Source of the DNA: Eledone cirrhosa
Lineage: Eukaryota
DNA length: 64,000 nucleotides
Direction: 5' to 3'
Assembly: GCA_964016885.1 (NCBI GenBank)
Contig: OZ024742.1
Coordinates: 141,112,001 to 141,176,000, forward strand
In this document: positions 1-12,607 of the stretch, piece after piece
How the letters are laid out: every line of letters starts with the position of its first letter
Position numbering within the stretch: the stretch's first letter is position 1
Notes under the pieces: generated by a model
Told to the model about the DNA's origin: nothing
Database searches by the model: none
Seen by the model: only the letters and a program-made list of their open reading frames with translations
Program-made: the position numbers and the translations under genes

Positions 1-516
1 CAAAGAACTTTACATAAAGGATATTTTGGAAGGAGCACTGATGCCATGGTGCATATCTGTTTATGGCGATGACATTTGGACTCTCCAACAAGATGGAGTG
101 ATGAGCCACACTGCTCGCGTAACACAACAGTGGTGTAGAGGCCATTGTCTTGCATGGATCAGTAAGGAAGAGTGGCCTCCCACATCACCAGATCTCAACC
201 CTCTCGATTTTTCTTTATGGTCAATTCTTGAGAGTGAAGCCTGCTCTACTCCTAGCCAGAATATTGAAACTCTAAAATCAAAACTGAATAAAGTATGGGA
301 GAAAATACCCATGGAAACTGTTCGTGCAGCCATCGAAGACTTTCCTAGAAGACTTTGAGTGGTAGTGAGAGCTAGAGGAAAGCATTTCAAATAAATTTTT
401 GTGCAGTTGTTTAATAGTATATTACTTACTATTTGTTGAAGTCGGATCTTAAAATAAATGTTTTTTTCAAGAACTATTTGCATTTTATTTTGTAACAGTT
501 TTTATGCCCCACCCTG
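1..516 (+). mobile_element. 3' part of a Tc1/mariner DD37D (maT-type) DNA transposon
   Basis: ORF 26..358 has QQDG...H and WPPTSPDLNPLDFSLW, with 37 residues between the 2nd and 3rd catalytic Asp. It ends in a TIR-like ...ATGCCCCACCCTG followed by TA at 517-518. Confidence 0.85.
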
Positions 517-783
517 TATATACACACATACATATTTTTAACATTTCTGCAAGGTGAAATGGATAAGAAGTTTGCTTTATAATCACAAGGCCCCTGGTCT
601 CCTTATACTTCTTTCTGCCTAACAAATTTATTCACAAGACATTGGCTGAACCAGCAATATAGCAATATATTGCTGAAGATGCAAATTATTAGCTGCAACA
701 CATTTGATATTTAGATATTGAAGTATTTGTTATATATTTCTACAAACTAACACAATATTACCATTCTTACTGGTTGTACATAC

Positions 784-904
784 CCAGTATTGATAGCAAT
801 TATTTCTATCAATGGATTCTTTCTAATTTTTGGTAATGCTAATGAAGCACCTCCAGTTTTTTTACCAGCTTGTTTTTTCTGACCAAACAATCGCACAGTA
901 TGAC
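784..904 (-). CDS. CDKAL1: CDKAL1 coding exon 5 (start of radical-SAM region)
   Basis: ttttaactag|GT acceptor, (G)[39 protein letters not shown](G), GG|gtatgt donor; 121 nt, phase matches the previous exon. Confidence 0.93.
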
Positions 905-1030
905 CTAGTTAAAAAGATGAAAGTGAAATGATTTTAATTTTTTCTCCCACAAAACATCCTAGTCAATGAATATGTGGGATCATACACTTCAGACCTCCAC
1001 ATATACCTACAAGCTTCCAGGCCTAATATA

Positions 1031-2282
1031 TTAGGTTGTTCCGAAAATAATGGCCGCTCTAAGTGTTGTGTTTTGAAACGCAATTTTATCATAGTATTTT
1101 AATTATATTTTAGGTGAATTTCGACATACTTAATAATTGATGTATGCTCTTTAATATTTTTCTACTTATTTCAGACAGAAAACATTCTTGAAGCATAGGC
1201 GCCCTTAATTATGAACATGACAAAAAAGGACCTTCGCTTACTTTTCTTGCACGAGTTCAAGCTTGGGCACAATGCCTCCCAAACAGCTTCCAATATCAAC
1301 AGAGCATGGGGAGAGGGATCCACAAGTGATCATACAGTACGAAGGTGGTTTCAGAACTTCCGTAGTGGTGATGAGAGACTTGAAGATGAAGAAGGTAGAG
1401 GATGGTCATGCAGTCTTGACAATGAACAATTGAAAGCAATTGTTGAACAAAACCCACGTCAAAGTGTCGGTATTGCAACAGTCTCATGCCATCTGCAGAA
1501 GATTGGTAACGTGAAAAAGCTCGATAAATGGGTACCACATGAGCTCAATGAAAATCAAAAAGTTTGGCGTTTTGAAGTGTGCTCGATGCTCTTTCTGCGA
1601 AACACCAATGATCCTTTTCTTGACTGAATAGTCACATATGACGTAAACTGGTTCCTTTATAACCGTAAGCGATCAGGTCAATGGCTTGATCGTGATGAGC
1701 CCCCCAAACATTTCCCAAAGCCAAAGTTGCATCAGCCAAAGATTATGGTGATTGTCTGGTGGTGTGCAATTAGTGTTGTCCATTACAACTTTCTAGAAGC
1801 CAATCAGAGCATTACACTAGAGGTTTACTGCAATCAACTCGCTGAAATGCATGCTCACTTGCAAAAACTGAGACCTCCATTGGTGAACTAGCGTGGCCCC
1901 ATTCTGCTCCATGATAATGCAAAGCCACATGTTGCAAGAATGACGCTGCAGAAACTCAGACTTGGGATATGAGACTTTACCACATCCTCCATATTCTCCT
2001 GATCTTTCACCCACTGACTACCATTTTTTAAAGCATTTAAACACATTTTTAAGTGATAAAACTTTCAGGTCCAAACCAGAGGTGGAATCAGCTTTCAAAG
2101 ATTTCTTAGCATCAAAGCCAATAAGTTTTTATCAACGAGGCATAAATAATCTCGTTGATCGATGGCAGAGATGCAGAGATGTTCACGGCTCATACTTTGA
2201 CTAATCAAAACATTTCTGTTGTTAATTTTTCCGGAATAAAATTATGTTTCTGAAATCAGCCATTATTTTCGGAACAACCTAA
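1031..2282 (+). mobile_element. Full-length but defective mariner (DD34D) transposon
   Basis: 26-bp TIRs (TTAGGTTGTTCCGAAAATAATGGC.G, one mismatch) flanked by TA. Transposase remnant 1211..2204 has WVPHEL, HDNAKPH and HPPYSPDLSPTDYH, broken by stops and a frameshift. Confidence 0.95.
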
Positions 2283-3689
2283 TAATGTGCACTTTGGAAA
2301 TTTCCTCCTAAATATAATCAAACAATGTAAAAAAAAGCCAATTAGTTTCATAGAACCAGGGGTGGACACAGGTAGGAAGGGAACAAAATAGTTAATTATT
2401 GATTACTTTACATAAGGCTCAAAAATAATATTTCTAAATGGGAGAACACTATTCATTGAATGATGGTTTCTAACATAAGCATAGTGAATTGGTAGAGTCA
2501 TTAGGGTGGTAAATTAAGTGCTTTGTGGTATTTGTTTGAGGTCTCTGTACTCCGAGTTAAATTTCATATTTTATCTTTCCAGGTTCAGTAAATAAAGTAC
2601 ATGACTATGAATAGTCGATTGGCGGAATTGTTAGAGCAATGAATGGGAAGCTTTGAGGTATCTGTTCTGGCTCTGTCATTCCGAGTTCAAATCTTGCCAC
2701 CTGTCACTAGAAAAGCAGTGTTGCTTCTGCCAGGAGTTGCAACTGACAGTATCAGCAATGGAAAGACCAAGGGAAACATAATTTCCTTGGCCTGATCTGA
2801 AAAATCTGCTTCTTTTCTTAAACCAAAGACACGGTCATATATTTTGGAGGAGGGAACAATCAGTTAAACCACTGATTAGCTGATTGGTCTTATTGAGCTC
2901 AGAGGGATTTTGAAATCAGAATGTAAAGTGACATAATTAAATACCCTAAAGAATATAGTCCAATGTTCTGCCAATATACCAACAAATTGATTAAATACAG
3001 CAATAACAAACATTTTAACACCATTTTCCTTGCTAAAACAAGGGTTAGCCTTGTAGGTCCCATGATAGGCTTCATATTCATCATGGAGTCATTTTTGAGC
3101 CAGTGTTTTACAGCCCTTTCTGGCATTAACCTTTTTAGTTGCCTCATATAACATGCAGGGTTAGGGTGTATTGATTCAAAACTGGATACACACAGAAAAC
3201 CCAGTTGATTAAATAATGTCAGCATATTACCACAACCTATTTTATTGACTCCTGAGGGATGAAAGGGAAAGCTGACTTCAATAGGATATGAACTCAGTAT
3301 AGCGAGATATGAAACTTATGGTAAAGCAATCAGTCCAGTGTTGTCTAAGTGATTTGCATTAACTCTGACATTACCATATTTATAATGAAAGATTGATTTT
3401 CAAAAAATTTATAAAATAATCAAGAATTTGGAAGGATTTAATAATATAACTAACTTTCTGGTTATTAAGTTGTTGTTTGGAACATAACTTAAAAGGTCCT
3501 TACATAAAATTATGATGGAAGGTTTTTAGATAAATATAATCACTTTAAAATAAACAGCTAGGGTGATTTTTAGGTGTTTGATAATCAAATGTTTAATGTT
3601 GGTTTTAAAATATTTTTTTTATAAATAACACTTTCATTTTGAGTTATTAACAAACAAATAAAAAAGAGATATAAGTAAAAGTATTTTAC

Positions 3690-3756
3690 CTTTTAGAGTT
3701 TCTTCAACCACTTCAATAACACGATCAATTTGTTGCACACCTAATACACTTATTCC
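3690..3756 (-). CDS. CDKAL1: CDKAL1 coding exon 4
   Basis: tttccag|GGA acceptor, [23 protein letters not shown]|gtaaaa donor; 67 nt. Confidence 0.93.
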
Positions 3757-4839
3757 CTGGAAATAAAAGGTTTGATGAATTAACTGATTTTCAGAAAGTA
3801 TATCTTTTGAAATTATCTTATCTCAACTTTGTCTTTTATCCTTTCAGGGCCAATAAAATAAAGTACCAGTTCAGGCAGTGAACTGGAAGGATTGTTAGGG
3901 CATTGGATATGATACTTTGTGGTATTTTTTCTGGTTCTTAGTATCCTGAAATCTTGAATGGTAGATTTAATTTGACACCCAACCCTTTGGTGTCTTTAAA
4001 AGATTTCTTTCTGTTGCAAGCATTTGCGCCAGGGCTTTGGTTTAACCCTTTTGTTATATTTCTAATAAGAGATTTGATTTTCAAATAATTTTGAAGATAC
4101 TTAAGAATTTGAAAGATTTAGTAATATAACTAACTTTCTCATTATTAAAATGGTGTTTGGAACATAATGTAAAAATTCTTAGATAGAATTATGACAGAAG
4201 GTTTTAAGATAAATATAAACAGCTTAGTATAGTGTCAGGCGGTTTGGTGTCAAAAGGGTAAATAACTTCATTCCTTCCTCCTACTAGAAACATATTTTTT
4301 CTTTAGATGACTCAAACCAAAGGAGCAATAGCACAACCATTGTGAGGAAGTTATCCTCAAACCAGAGATTTGGTCATTGAATGTTTGTAAGAGAGAGGAT
4401 TCTGTTGAAGTCACCGAAGGGCCAGATGGTGTTGCTAATTTAGTTAATGGATTCATTTTACCACTATTGAACTTATGGCTCTTCGGGTTAGGAAATCAGT
4501 GTTACTTTGTCTTTCACTCTTTCACTACAATATTTTTATTGAAAGACTGCCTATATTTTCAAATAATCTTTTTAAATAATCAAGAATTTGGAGGATTTAG
4601 TAATACAACTAAGATTCTGATTATTAAGCTCATGTTTGGAGCATAATTTAACAAAGGTTCTTATATAAAATTATGACAGAAGGCTTTTAGATAAATATAA
4701 TCATTTTTAAACAAAGTTTTGTATCATAGAATCAGAGGTGGCTTCAGGCGGTTTAGTATCAAAAGGGTTAAGGAAATTTGGTAATGCTTTAAAGAGAGAG
4801 AGAGGGAGGAGAGGCAGAAAAATAATGACTATAACTTAC

Positions 4840-5003
4840 AGAAAGATAATCTGATCTGGGTTGTCCTTGTGGTACACATCCAGCTACCACAAGATGTTTT
4901 CCTAAAGATTTAGCTTTATTTATTTCATTTCGGAAATGATCTTCAGCAGGACTTTTTACTGTACAGCTATTCAGTACCCACAGATCTGCCTTCTCTTTAG
5001 AAT
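4840..5003 (-). CDS. CDKAL1: CDKAL1 coding exon 3 (MTTase N-terminal domain)
   Basis: Branch point CACTAAC, pyrimidine tract and aag acceptor; (D)[54 protein letters not shown]; gtaagt donor; 164 nt. Confidence 0.95.
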
Positions 5004-5099
5004 CTTTGAGTAAAGAAAAAAATGTTAGTGCAAGACATTTTTGTACAGTTCAAAGAACAAAATATATCATCATCATTTAACATCCGTTTTCCTATATGA

Positions 5100-5415
5100 A
5101 CAGCAAAGCATGGAAGAGTTGAGAGAGAAACTGTGTAAAGAGGAATCAAATGTAGGGTGTTAGAGAGAAGACTGCACTGGTATGGATGATGATCATTGGA
5201 GGAAGAAGTGTCAGGAGGTCCAAGTGGAGGGAAACTGCAGTAGAGGAGACCAAGGAAAACCTGGACAGAAATGGTATGAACAGATCTCAAAAAACTGAAC
5301 TTTACAGAGGAGATGACAAAGGAACGTAATGAATGGAGGTAGCTGTGTTGAAAAAGACCTCTCCAGCCCATGCAAGCACAAAAAAACGGACATGAAAAGG
5401 ATGATATTGATGATA
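5100..5415 (+). mobile_element. RTE LINE 3'-end fragment
   Basis: Degenerate LHWYG...RGDQGKPG/RPRKTW-like coding remnant ending CCCATGCAAGC...GGACATGAAA-(GAT)n, the RTE tail seen elsewhere in the window. Confidence 0.6.
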
Positions 5416-6091
5416 TATATATACATATGTATATATGCCCCCTTGTGAAGTGGTTGGTGATGGGAAGAGGATCCAGATGTGGAGGGATTGCCAAACAAAG
5501 AGTTGGGAAGGCCCTTTAGTCGTGTCAAGACCTGACAGCCTGCCAAGTGTTTTTGGTGATCTACACAATAAATGCACCCAATACATGCTGTATATGGTTG
5601 GTGATAGGAAGGGTATTCAGCCATAGAAAGCTTACCAAACAAAGGGTCTTGAAGACCCTTCATTCATGTCAAGGACATGACAGTCTCTCTAGTGTTTGGT
5701 GATCTACACAATAAATGCATTCCGTATGTGCTGTAAAGTGATTGATGATAGGAAGGGCATTCAGCCATAGAATGCTTGGGAGGACCATCAGTTGTGTCAA
5801 ATACATGACAACCTCTGCTGTGCACTCAGTAGAACGTGAGACTCTACATAAGCGAGACAAGACATTCTTGGCTTCTCTGGGAGATCAGTAGCCACTGCTT
5901 CAGTACTGACTTGGTCTATGTAGACCCATTCAACCCTTGCTAGCAATGAAAGTAGATGTTAAAAAAATGATGATGATGATATATATATCATTACTATTGG
6001 TAATGCATAAGTCAAACTTAATATAAATATTCTAAATTGCCACGTGTTCATTGCCATTTTCATTCATTTGTATACCACACAACGGTGTGTG

Positions 6092-9000
6092 TCATCATCA
6101 TCATCATCGTTTAACGTCCGTGTTCCACGCTTGCATGGGTTTGGACGGGAATTTTCCCACTTGAGGCAAGATTGGTTGTCTTGCTCGTATAGGACTGTCT
6201 GGCGGGTTTTCTACGGCTGGATGCCGTTCCTAACACCAACCACGTTTACAGTGTGGACTGGGAGGTGTTACCTACACGGCCACATTACAGCGTGGACTGT
6301 GTGTTTTTTTGTCGTGACACCTACACGGCCACATTACAGCGTGGACTGTGTGTTTTTTTGTCGTGACACCTACACGACCTCATTTGTTTCGGACTGGATG
6401 TTGTGGTACCAACATAACTTTACATCGAAAGGGGTGGGGGTAGTGGGACGGGGGTGTATTCTTGTTAGAGGTGCCTACTGACTGTAGGTTTTGCTTTGTA
6501 CTTAGGCAAGGCGGGTCTTCTGTATTACTGTGTAGCGCCCTGAGGAAGAAATTCCCCGCGAAGATTTGAAGAATCTCTCTCTTGTACCGGAAACTTCAAG
6601 CCAGCAACACGTATAATGTAACAGTGAGATATTGCACCCTAGCCTCGCCGGCTTAACGGCGCAATGGCACATTCCCTTTTGTAACCTCTTTTTATCTGTA
6701 ACTTCAACCATATAAGTTAACAAACATTGTTTGTACTACATCAAAAATAAACATACATTTCATCTCTAATTACTGCTGTTGAAATCATTATTATGTTACT
6801 CGTGTCTCAATAACATATATAACCCATGCTGCTGGAATTGGCGACCTGACGAAAGGAATATTGTAAATAGATGGTAAATAAATTGAGGGACCTTCCCTCA
6901 CGTCTATGTCAACAAGATAATCCAACGAGGATACTATCACTTACCACACTGGCAACTAACGACCATCAATCAATCATCTACCCTGTTAAAGTAACGACAA
7001 CATCTATAATTAACCCTGCTAAAGTGGTGACCGACGTAAGAATTTAACGCAGCCCTTCTTTTTTATTCAGTTGAACTTTTATTGCCACGTTGCCAACCTT
7101 TTCGCAACTTGCGAAAATAAAAAATATTCCTTTTAAGATTTTTGAAAAATTGGCAGTATTTCAAAAACTTTTTCGCCACGAAAAAATTTCAAGATGGCTA
7201 CCAACAACAACGACAGCAGCAGCGACAGCGTTGTTTAACCACTGACCAATACAGGGAACAGTGAGTGGCAGCTTCATAGCCTTACCGACGCCAACCACCA
7301 CACATCGGAAATTTCAAAACGGCTTGTAACTTTACCGACGCAACCACCATACCTTCTGTCTCGTTACCACAGGGACTCGAGAAATTGAGACAGTAGTTTT
7401 CTCACCATTATGGCGTCAGACGTGGCTGCCATATTTGGTGACTCCTACTCTACAGAAGATTCTTTGACTTTGCTTTAACAATAAGCAACACAACCTTATG
7501 CCACACAAGATGGCCACGAAAACTCACAAAAACACCATACATCTAACCCCTAACGGCATTAACAAACTTCTTTTTCAGTTTTCAGATAGAACTAGTGTCT
7601 GTACACTGGTGATGTGTGAACTATTTGACTTTGAAAAACTTTGAACTTATTGAGCAATTTCTCTGCTCCCTTAGATTGACTTTGAATTATCAGTTTCTTA
7701 CATTCACATATTTCTTTGTAGAATGCATTTACTTGTTTTGTGCTCTTTTGCTATTTGCTTGCTAATGGTTTTTGTTCATTCACATTCTTTGCTGTTTTAC
7801 ATGCCTGCATATGCACACATTTTTTTTATCACACACCAACATGTTGTTCTTGGTATATGTCTTCAAACGTAATGTTCTGCGAGTCCCTTTTCACCTGGTT
7901 GAGATGCTGTCACATGCTAGCAGCTCACAGAGCTTAATCCACTGGATTCAAACAGGCACCGCAACACGAGAATACATTGCAGCTGAACTCAAACAGCTTC
8001 GCATCTCGTTGCACACTGATCGTCCATGACGGCCATCCGTCTTGTTGTTTTTGCCCGACTCGCTGGGAAAGCAACAAATTGAACTGGACTTGTCAGCATT
8101 TCGGCCACTTCTGTGCATTCGCCCGAATTATGGAATTTACACTGCAGCCCACCTACAGATTAAACTTGCTTTTTTTTTTTTTCTCTTTACAAAGCAACCA
8201 GCCATTTTTTCCTGGCTCCACAGCACATTCGACAATACATCTGGGGGCCATCATTTTCTCGCCAGCACTGGTAAACTACCATAATAGCTTCGTTCACAGC
8301 TACTGGTACAACGCTTACCATTAACATTTAATGCAAGAACAGCAACTTCGCCCATGTCAGACTTTATCTGTTTTCTGGTAGGCCCCTGAGGGTCTCGTTT
8401 AAACTACAAAACAGCTAGTCATTTGACAGCGGCTCAACACGGCCCGTCGCGACTAATTTTTTTTGTTCTTGCATGAATCTTTCTGCTCAATTATTTTTTC
8501 ACTAATGTGCTCTTTCAGCATTTGTTCTTGCTGATTCAATAATATGTGGGTCCTTGGTTTCTTCGTTATCGATTTTCGGCTGAAAATCTGGTCGGAGGTG
8601 ATGTAGTGACCTACATTCCGCGGGCTCACATACATTCTCTGTGCGTGATTTGGCTCAGTTCAGCCAATCAGTGCCAGTAGAAGAGGATGTATCCTTACGC
8701 GCCCTGAGGAAGAAATTCCCCGCGAAGATTTGAAGAATCTCTCTCTTGTACCGGAAACTTCAAGCCAGCAACACGCATAATGTAACAGTGAGATATTGCA
8801 CCCTAGCCTCGCCGGCTTAACGGCGCAATGGCATATTCCCTTTTGTAACCTCTTCTTATCTGTAACTTCAACCATATAAGTTAACAAACATTGTTTGTAC
8901 TACATCAAAAATAAACATACATTTCATCTCTAATTACTGCTGTTGAAATCATTATTATGTTATTCGTGTCTCAATAACATATATAACCCATGCTGCTGGA

Positions 9001-11339
9001 ATTGGCGACCTGACGAAAGGAATATTGTAAATAGATCGAGGGACCTTCCCTCACGTCTATGTCAACAAGATAATCCAACGAGGATACTATCACTTACCAC
9101 ACTGGCAACTAACGACCATCAATCAATCATCTACCCTGTTAAAGTAACGACAACATCTATAATTAACCCTGCTATTCGTTTATGCTTTGCCGTTCACGTA
9201 TATTACTATTACACATCCAACGGAGCTTGCAAGCTTCGTTCCTCTCCAGTCTGCGTAGATCCTCTGCACACAATGCCCAAGTCTCACTGCCATGTAACAT
9301 TGCTGTTCGTATTCAGGCATCATACAGCCTGCCTTTCATTTTTAGAGAGAACCCTTTAGCGGCCAATAGTGGTATAAGCTCTCTGAACTTTTTCCATCCC
9401 GTTCTGACTTTAGCTACTGTACTTTCAGAGCACCCTCCACCACTACTGATTTTGTCACCCAGGTAACGGAAGGTGTCCACTATTTCCATAGAACCATCTG
9501 TGCAATGGAATGAGCTAGTATTCTGTGGGCACTTGCTGCTACTTATTGCACCTGAGCACCAGTCACATATAAAATCTATATTCTTAGTTAGCTTACCTGT
9601 GATCCCACTACATCTTTTATGCACCCATACTTTGCATTTTGGACATAAAATGGATTTCTTCCTACTCCTTTCCTACACACTGAGCATGGCCATTTCCCAG
9701 ATGGGACCGGTGCCCTATTTTTCTTCCTACAAACTAGAATTTTAGTCTTAGGCAGGTTAATTTTAAGGCCTTTTGATTCTAGGCCATGCTTCCATGTTTC
9801 GAATTTCTTCTCTAGTTCAGCCATTGATTCAGCTATGAGCGTTAGATTATCTGAGTATAGGAGTTCCCATGGGCAGCCAGTCTTGAACTTCTCTGTTATA
9901 GCCTGAAGGGCAATAATAAATAGGAGTGGGCTAAGGACCGAGCCTTGGTGAACACCAACTTTTACACTAAATTCTTCACAATATTCATTGTTAATTCTAA
10001 CCTGCTGACTGTTTCTTTATACATGGCTTGTATAGCTCTCACAAGCCATTCACCAATACCTAGTTTTCTAAGAGTCCACCAGATAATGGAGCGGGGGACT
10101 CTGTCAAAGGCTTTCTCCAAGTCAACAAAAGCTAAGTATAGGGGTTTACCTTTAGCTAGGTACTTCTCCTGTAGTTGTCGTACAATGAAAAGAGTGTCTG
10201 TGGTACTTTTACCTGGCACAAACCCGAACTGCATTTCATCTAGATCAATTCGCTCTCTGATTAGTTGCGCTATTACTTTTTCTGTGACCTTCATGACCTG
10301 GTCAATTAATTTAATGCCTCTATAGTTACCCCTATCTGGGGCATCTCCTTTACTCTTGTAGCAGTTAATAATGATGCTGCTACGCCAGTCCTTTGGAACG
10401 ACCCCATTCTGTATGACTTGGTTCACTATCCGGGTGACCATAGTGTGTCCCACCGTTCCAGATGCTTTCAGCATTTCAGCAACTATATAATGTCTCATAG
10501 AATCTGTCTTTTATAATGCCAGGTAGTCCAGATTGGGGTGCGTACGCAGATATTACTGTCACAGTAGTTCTATTTAGGACAAGTCTTATTTTAATTATTC
10601 TGTTGTTCACTCTATTTACGTCTATTATCTTATCTACCCATTTTTTTGCTAACATGATTCCTACGCCACCCAGCCCATTGTCATTTCCCACCAGGAAAAG
10701 CTTATAGCATTGTTTTTTTACCCACAATGAATCTAGCAGACCCACCCCTCCACCTGGTCTCTTGGATACAGCAAACATCAACCTCCTTACGCTCAAGCAT
10801 TTCTACAACCTCGTTAGAGCGACCTTTTAAGGTGCCTACATTCATGGTACCAACTCTGAAGTTTTGGGTTGCGTTTGGTGGTGGGAACGGTGGGGCGTGG
10901 GGAGGGGTGAGGGAGATGGGGTTGGGGTTATGTTGGCCATCCGCGGCCGAAATAAAGAGGAGGAGTGCTTGCCTTCTCGTCCGGCAGCATGAGGTGAATT
11001 TGTCTTTATCTTTGGCATTGTCACTGAGTGTCCAGATTTTTCAGACTCCAGAATTCTGTAGTCCATCCATCATATGGAAAGGCAACCAGAAGAAGTGATA
11101 GCATAGGCCGCTGACTTATGATTGGTCCAAATAATAATGGTGGCGAGTGGGGGCGGCTGGGTGGGGTATGGGGTAGTTAGCGAGAAGGTTTAAATAAAAT
11201 CCTCGAATTTAGGGCATAATTGGACAAGCATATAACAGTAATAAGCGAATAATTACGGGATTTTAAAATACAAGAAGATTATTTAGAACAACCAGACAGA
11301 ATTATAGAATAGCATTGAGAAAGAGCAAAGATTGGATTA
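6092..11339 (-). mobile_element. RTE-clade non-LTR retrotransposon (internally deleted, frameshifted, interrupted by an LTR element)
   Basis: APE remnant (GVGIML...ISAYAPQ, 10476..10796); RT (NYRGIKL, QFGFVPGKSTTD, FVDLEKAFDRVP, 9962..10498); C-terminal pieces 9313..9824; ORF end ...TVIQKTRLA* at about 6502; 3' UTR and (GAT)n tail at about 6092-6110. Confidence 0.9.
6535..9174 (+). mobile_element. Non-autonomous LTR retrotransposon nested in the RTE
   Basis: Near-identical direct repeats 6535-7021 and 8602-9174, the second starting TGTAG. PBS TGGTGACCGACGT at 7025 resembles the complement of the tRNA-Trp 3' end. Purine-rich GGTCGGAGGTGA precedes the 3' LTR. No gag/pol ORF in the ~1.6 kb interior. 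Confidence 0.8.
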
Positions 11340-11349
11340 TGTGTGTGTA

Positions 11350-11687
11350 TCATCTCATCTCATTTTTACGTCCGCTTTTTCCCTGCTTGCAAGGGTGGGC
11401 CGGAAACTGATTTTGGCTTGATTTCTACAGTTGGATGCCCTTCCTAACACCAACCTCATTTACAGTGAGTGCTGGGTGCATTTTTGCCGTGGCGCCTCCA
11501 CAACCACTTTGCAGTGGAATGATAGGGACTCCAGTCCCTATCATCTCATTTCTACAGCTGAGTAAACTGGAGCAATGTGAAATAAAATGTCTTGCTCAAG
11601 GAAACAACACATCACCCGTCCTGAGAATTGAACTCACAACCTTTCGATTACAAGGCCAATGCTCTAACCACTAAGCCATGTGCCTCC
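11350..11687 (-). mobile_element. tRNA-derived CORE-like SINE with RTE-type 3' tail
   Basis: A box TGGCTTAGTGG, B box GAGTTCAATTC, CORE-like TTCCTTGAGCAAGACA and tail GCAAGCAGGGAAAAAGCGGACGTAAAA(ATGAG)n. Close copies lie at 45195-45530 and 50805-51146. Confidence 0.85.
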
Positions 11688-11738
<51 letters not shown>

Positions 11739-11740
11739 TC
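11688..11740. repeat. (GT)n(AT)n microsatellite
   Basis: Direct reading of dinucleotide runs. Confidence 0.9.
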
Positions 11741-12270
11741 AAAGGTATATATTGAGTTAGAAACTCAAAATAGTCTCTTACAATAAAATAGCTCTAGGAA
11801 AGAGATTTTTCCGAGCCATATATTGTAATTGAATATAAAAGAAAAACGAACACAGATATATACATATATGTGTTCAAATTGTAAGGGACCTGATTCGCTA
11901 AGGTGGAAAGAATACTAACTATAGACAATAGGGTTTGCCAGACTCAATTTAAGAATAAATCAAGAAAGTAAATACAAACCGGAATTGTGGTAACTACCAA
12001 TCACCCAGACAACTTTGGTAATGCTGTAGCGAATCTGGTCCCTTACGATTTGAACACACATATATATATATCTGTGTTCGTTTTTCTTTTATATTCAATT
12101 ATAATATATATATATATTACATAATCAAATTAATTGATTACTCTAATGGAAACTGAATAATGCTATACTTCTCTCTCTCTCTATATATATATATATATCA
12201 TCACCGTTTTACGTCCATTCTTCCATGCTAGCATGTATTTTTATTTATACATGTGTGCGTGTGCACATGT

Positions 12271-12487
12271 ATATATACATATATATCCATACATGCAGTA
12301 ATATGAATGGTTAACATTTTTAATATAAACTACCTTGTGTTTCCTTGACTTGTGTGTGTATATATATGTATATATATATATATATACATATATATACACA
12401 CACACAAGTCAAGGAAACGCAAGGTAGTTTATATTAAAAATGTTAACCATTCATATTACTGCATGTATGGATATATATGTATATATA
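12271..12487. repeat. Near-perfect ~217-bp palindrome centred on a (TA)n run
   Basis: CCATACATGCAGTAATATGAATGGTTAACATTTTTAATATAAACTACCTTG... is mirrored by ...CAAGGTAGTTTATATTAAAAATGTTAACCATTCATATTACTGCATGTATGG. Confidence 0.9.
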
Positions 12488-12492
12488 TCCAA

Positions 12493-12531
<39 letters not shown>

Positions 12532-12607
12532 TAAAATGGTAAATAGATATAATACAAACAAATTCTCTGTAAAAGACCAAAACAAAAGATAAAAAGTTAC
12601 AACCAAC

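Noticed and set aside
6502-8887. Duplicated ORFs MLTYMVEVTDKKRLQKG... as paralogous genes
   Set aside because: They lie antisense within the two LTR copies and show no protein motif.
11435-11674. Recurrent 79-aa ORF MPFLTPTSFTVSAGC... (also 45201 and 50894) as a small gene family
   Set aside because: It is the antisense reading of a SINE; the recurrence reflects repeat copies.
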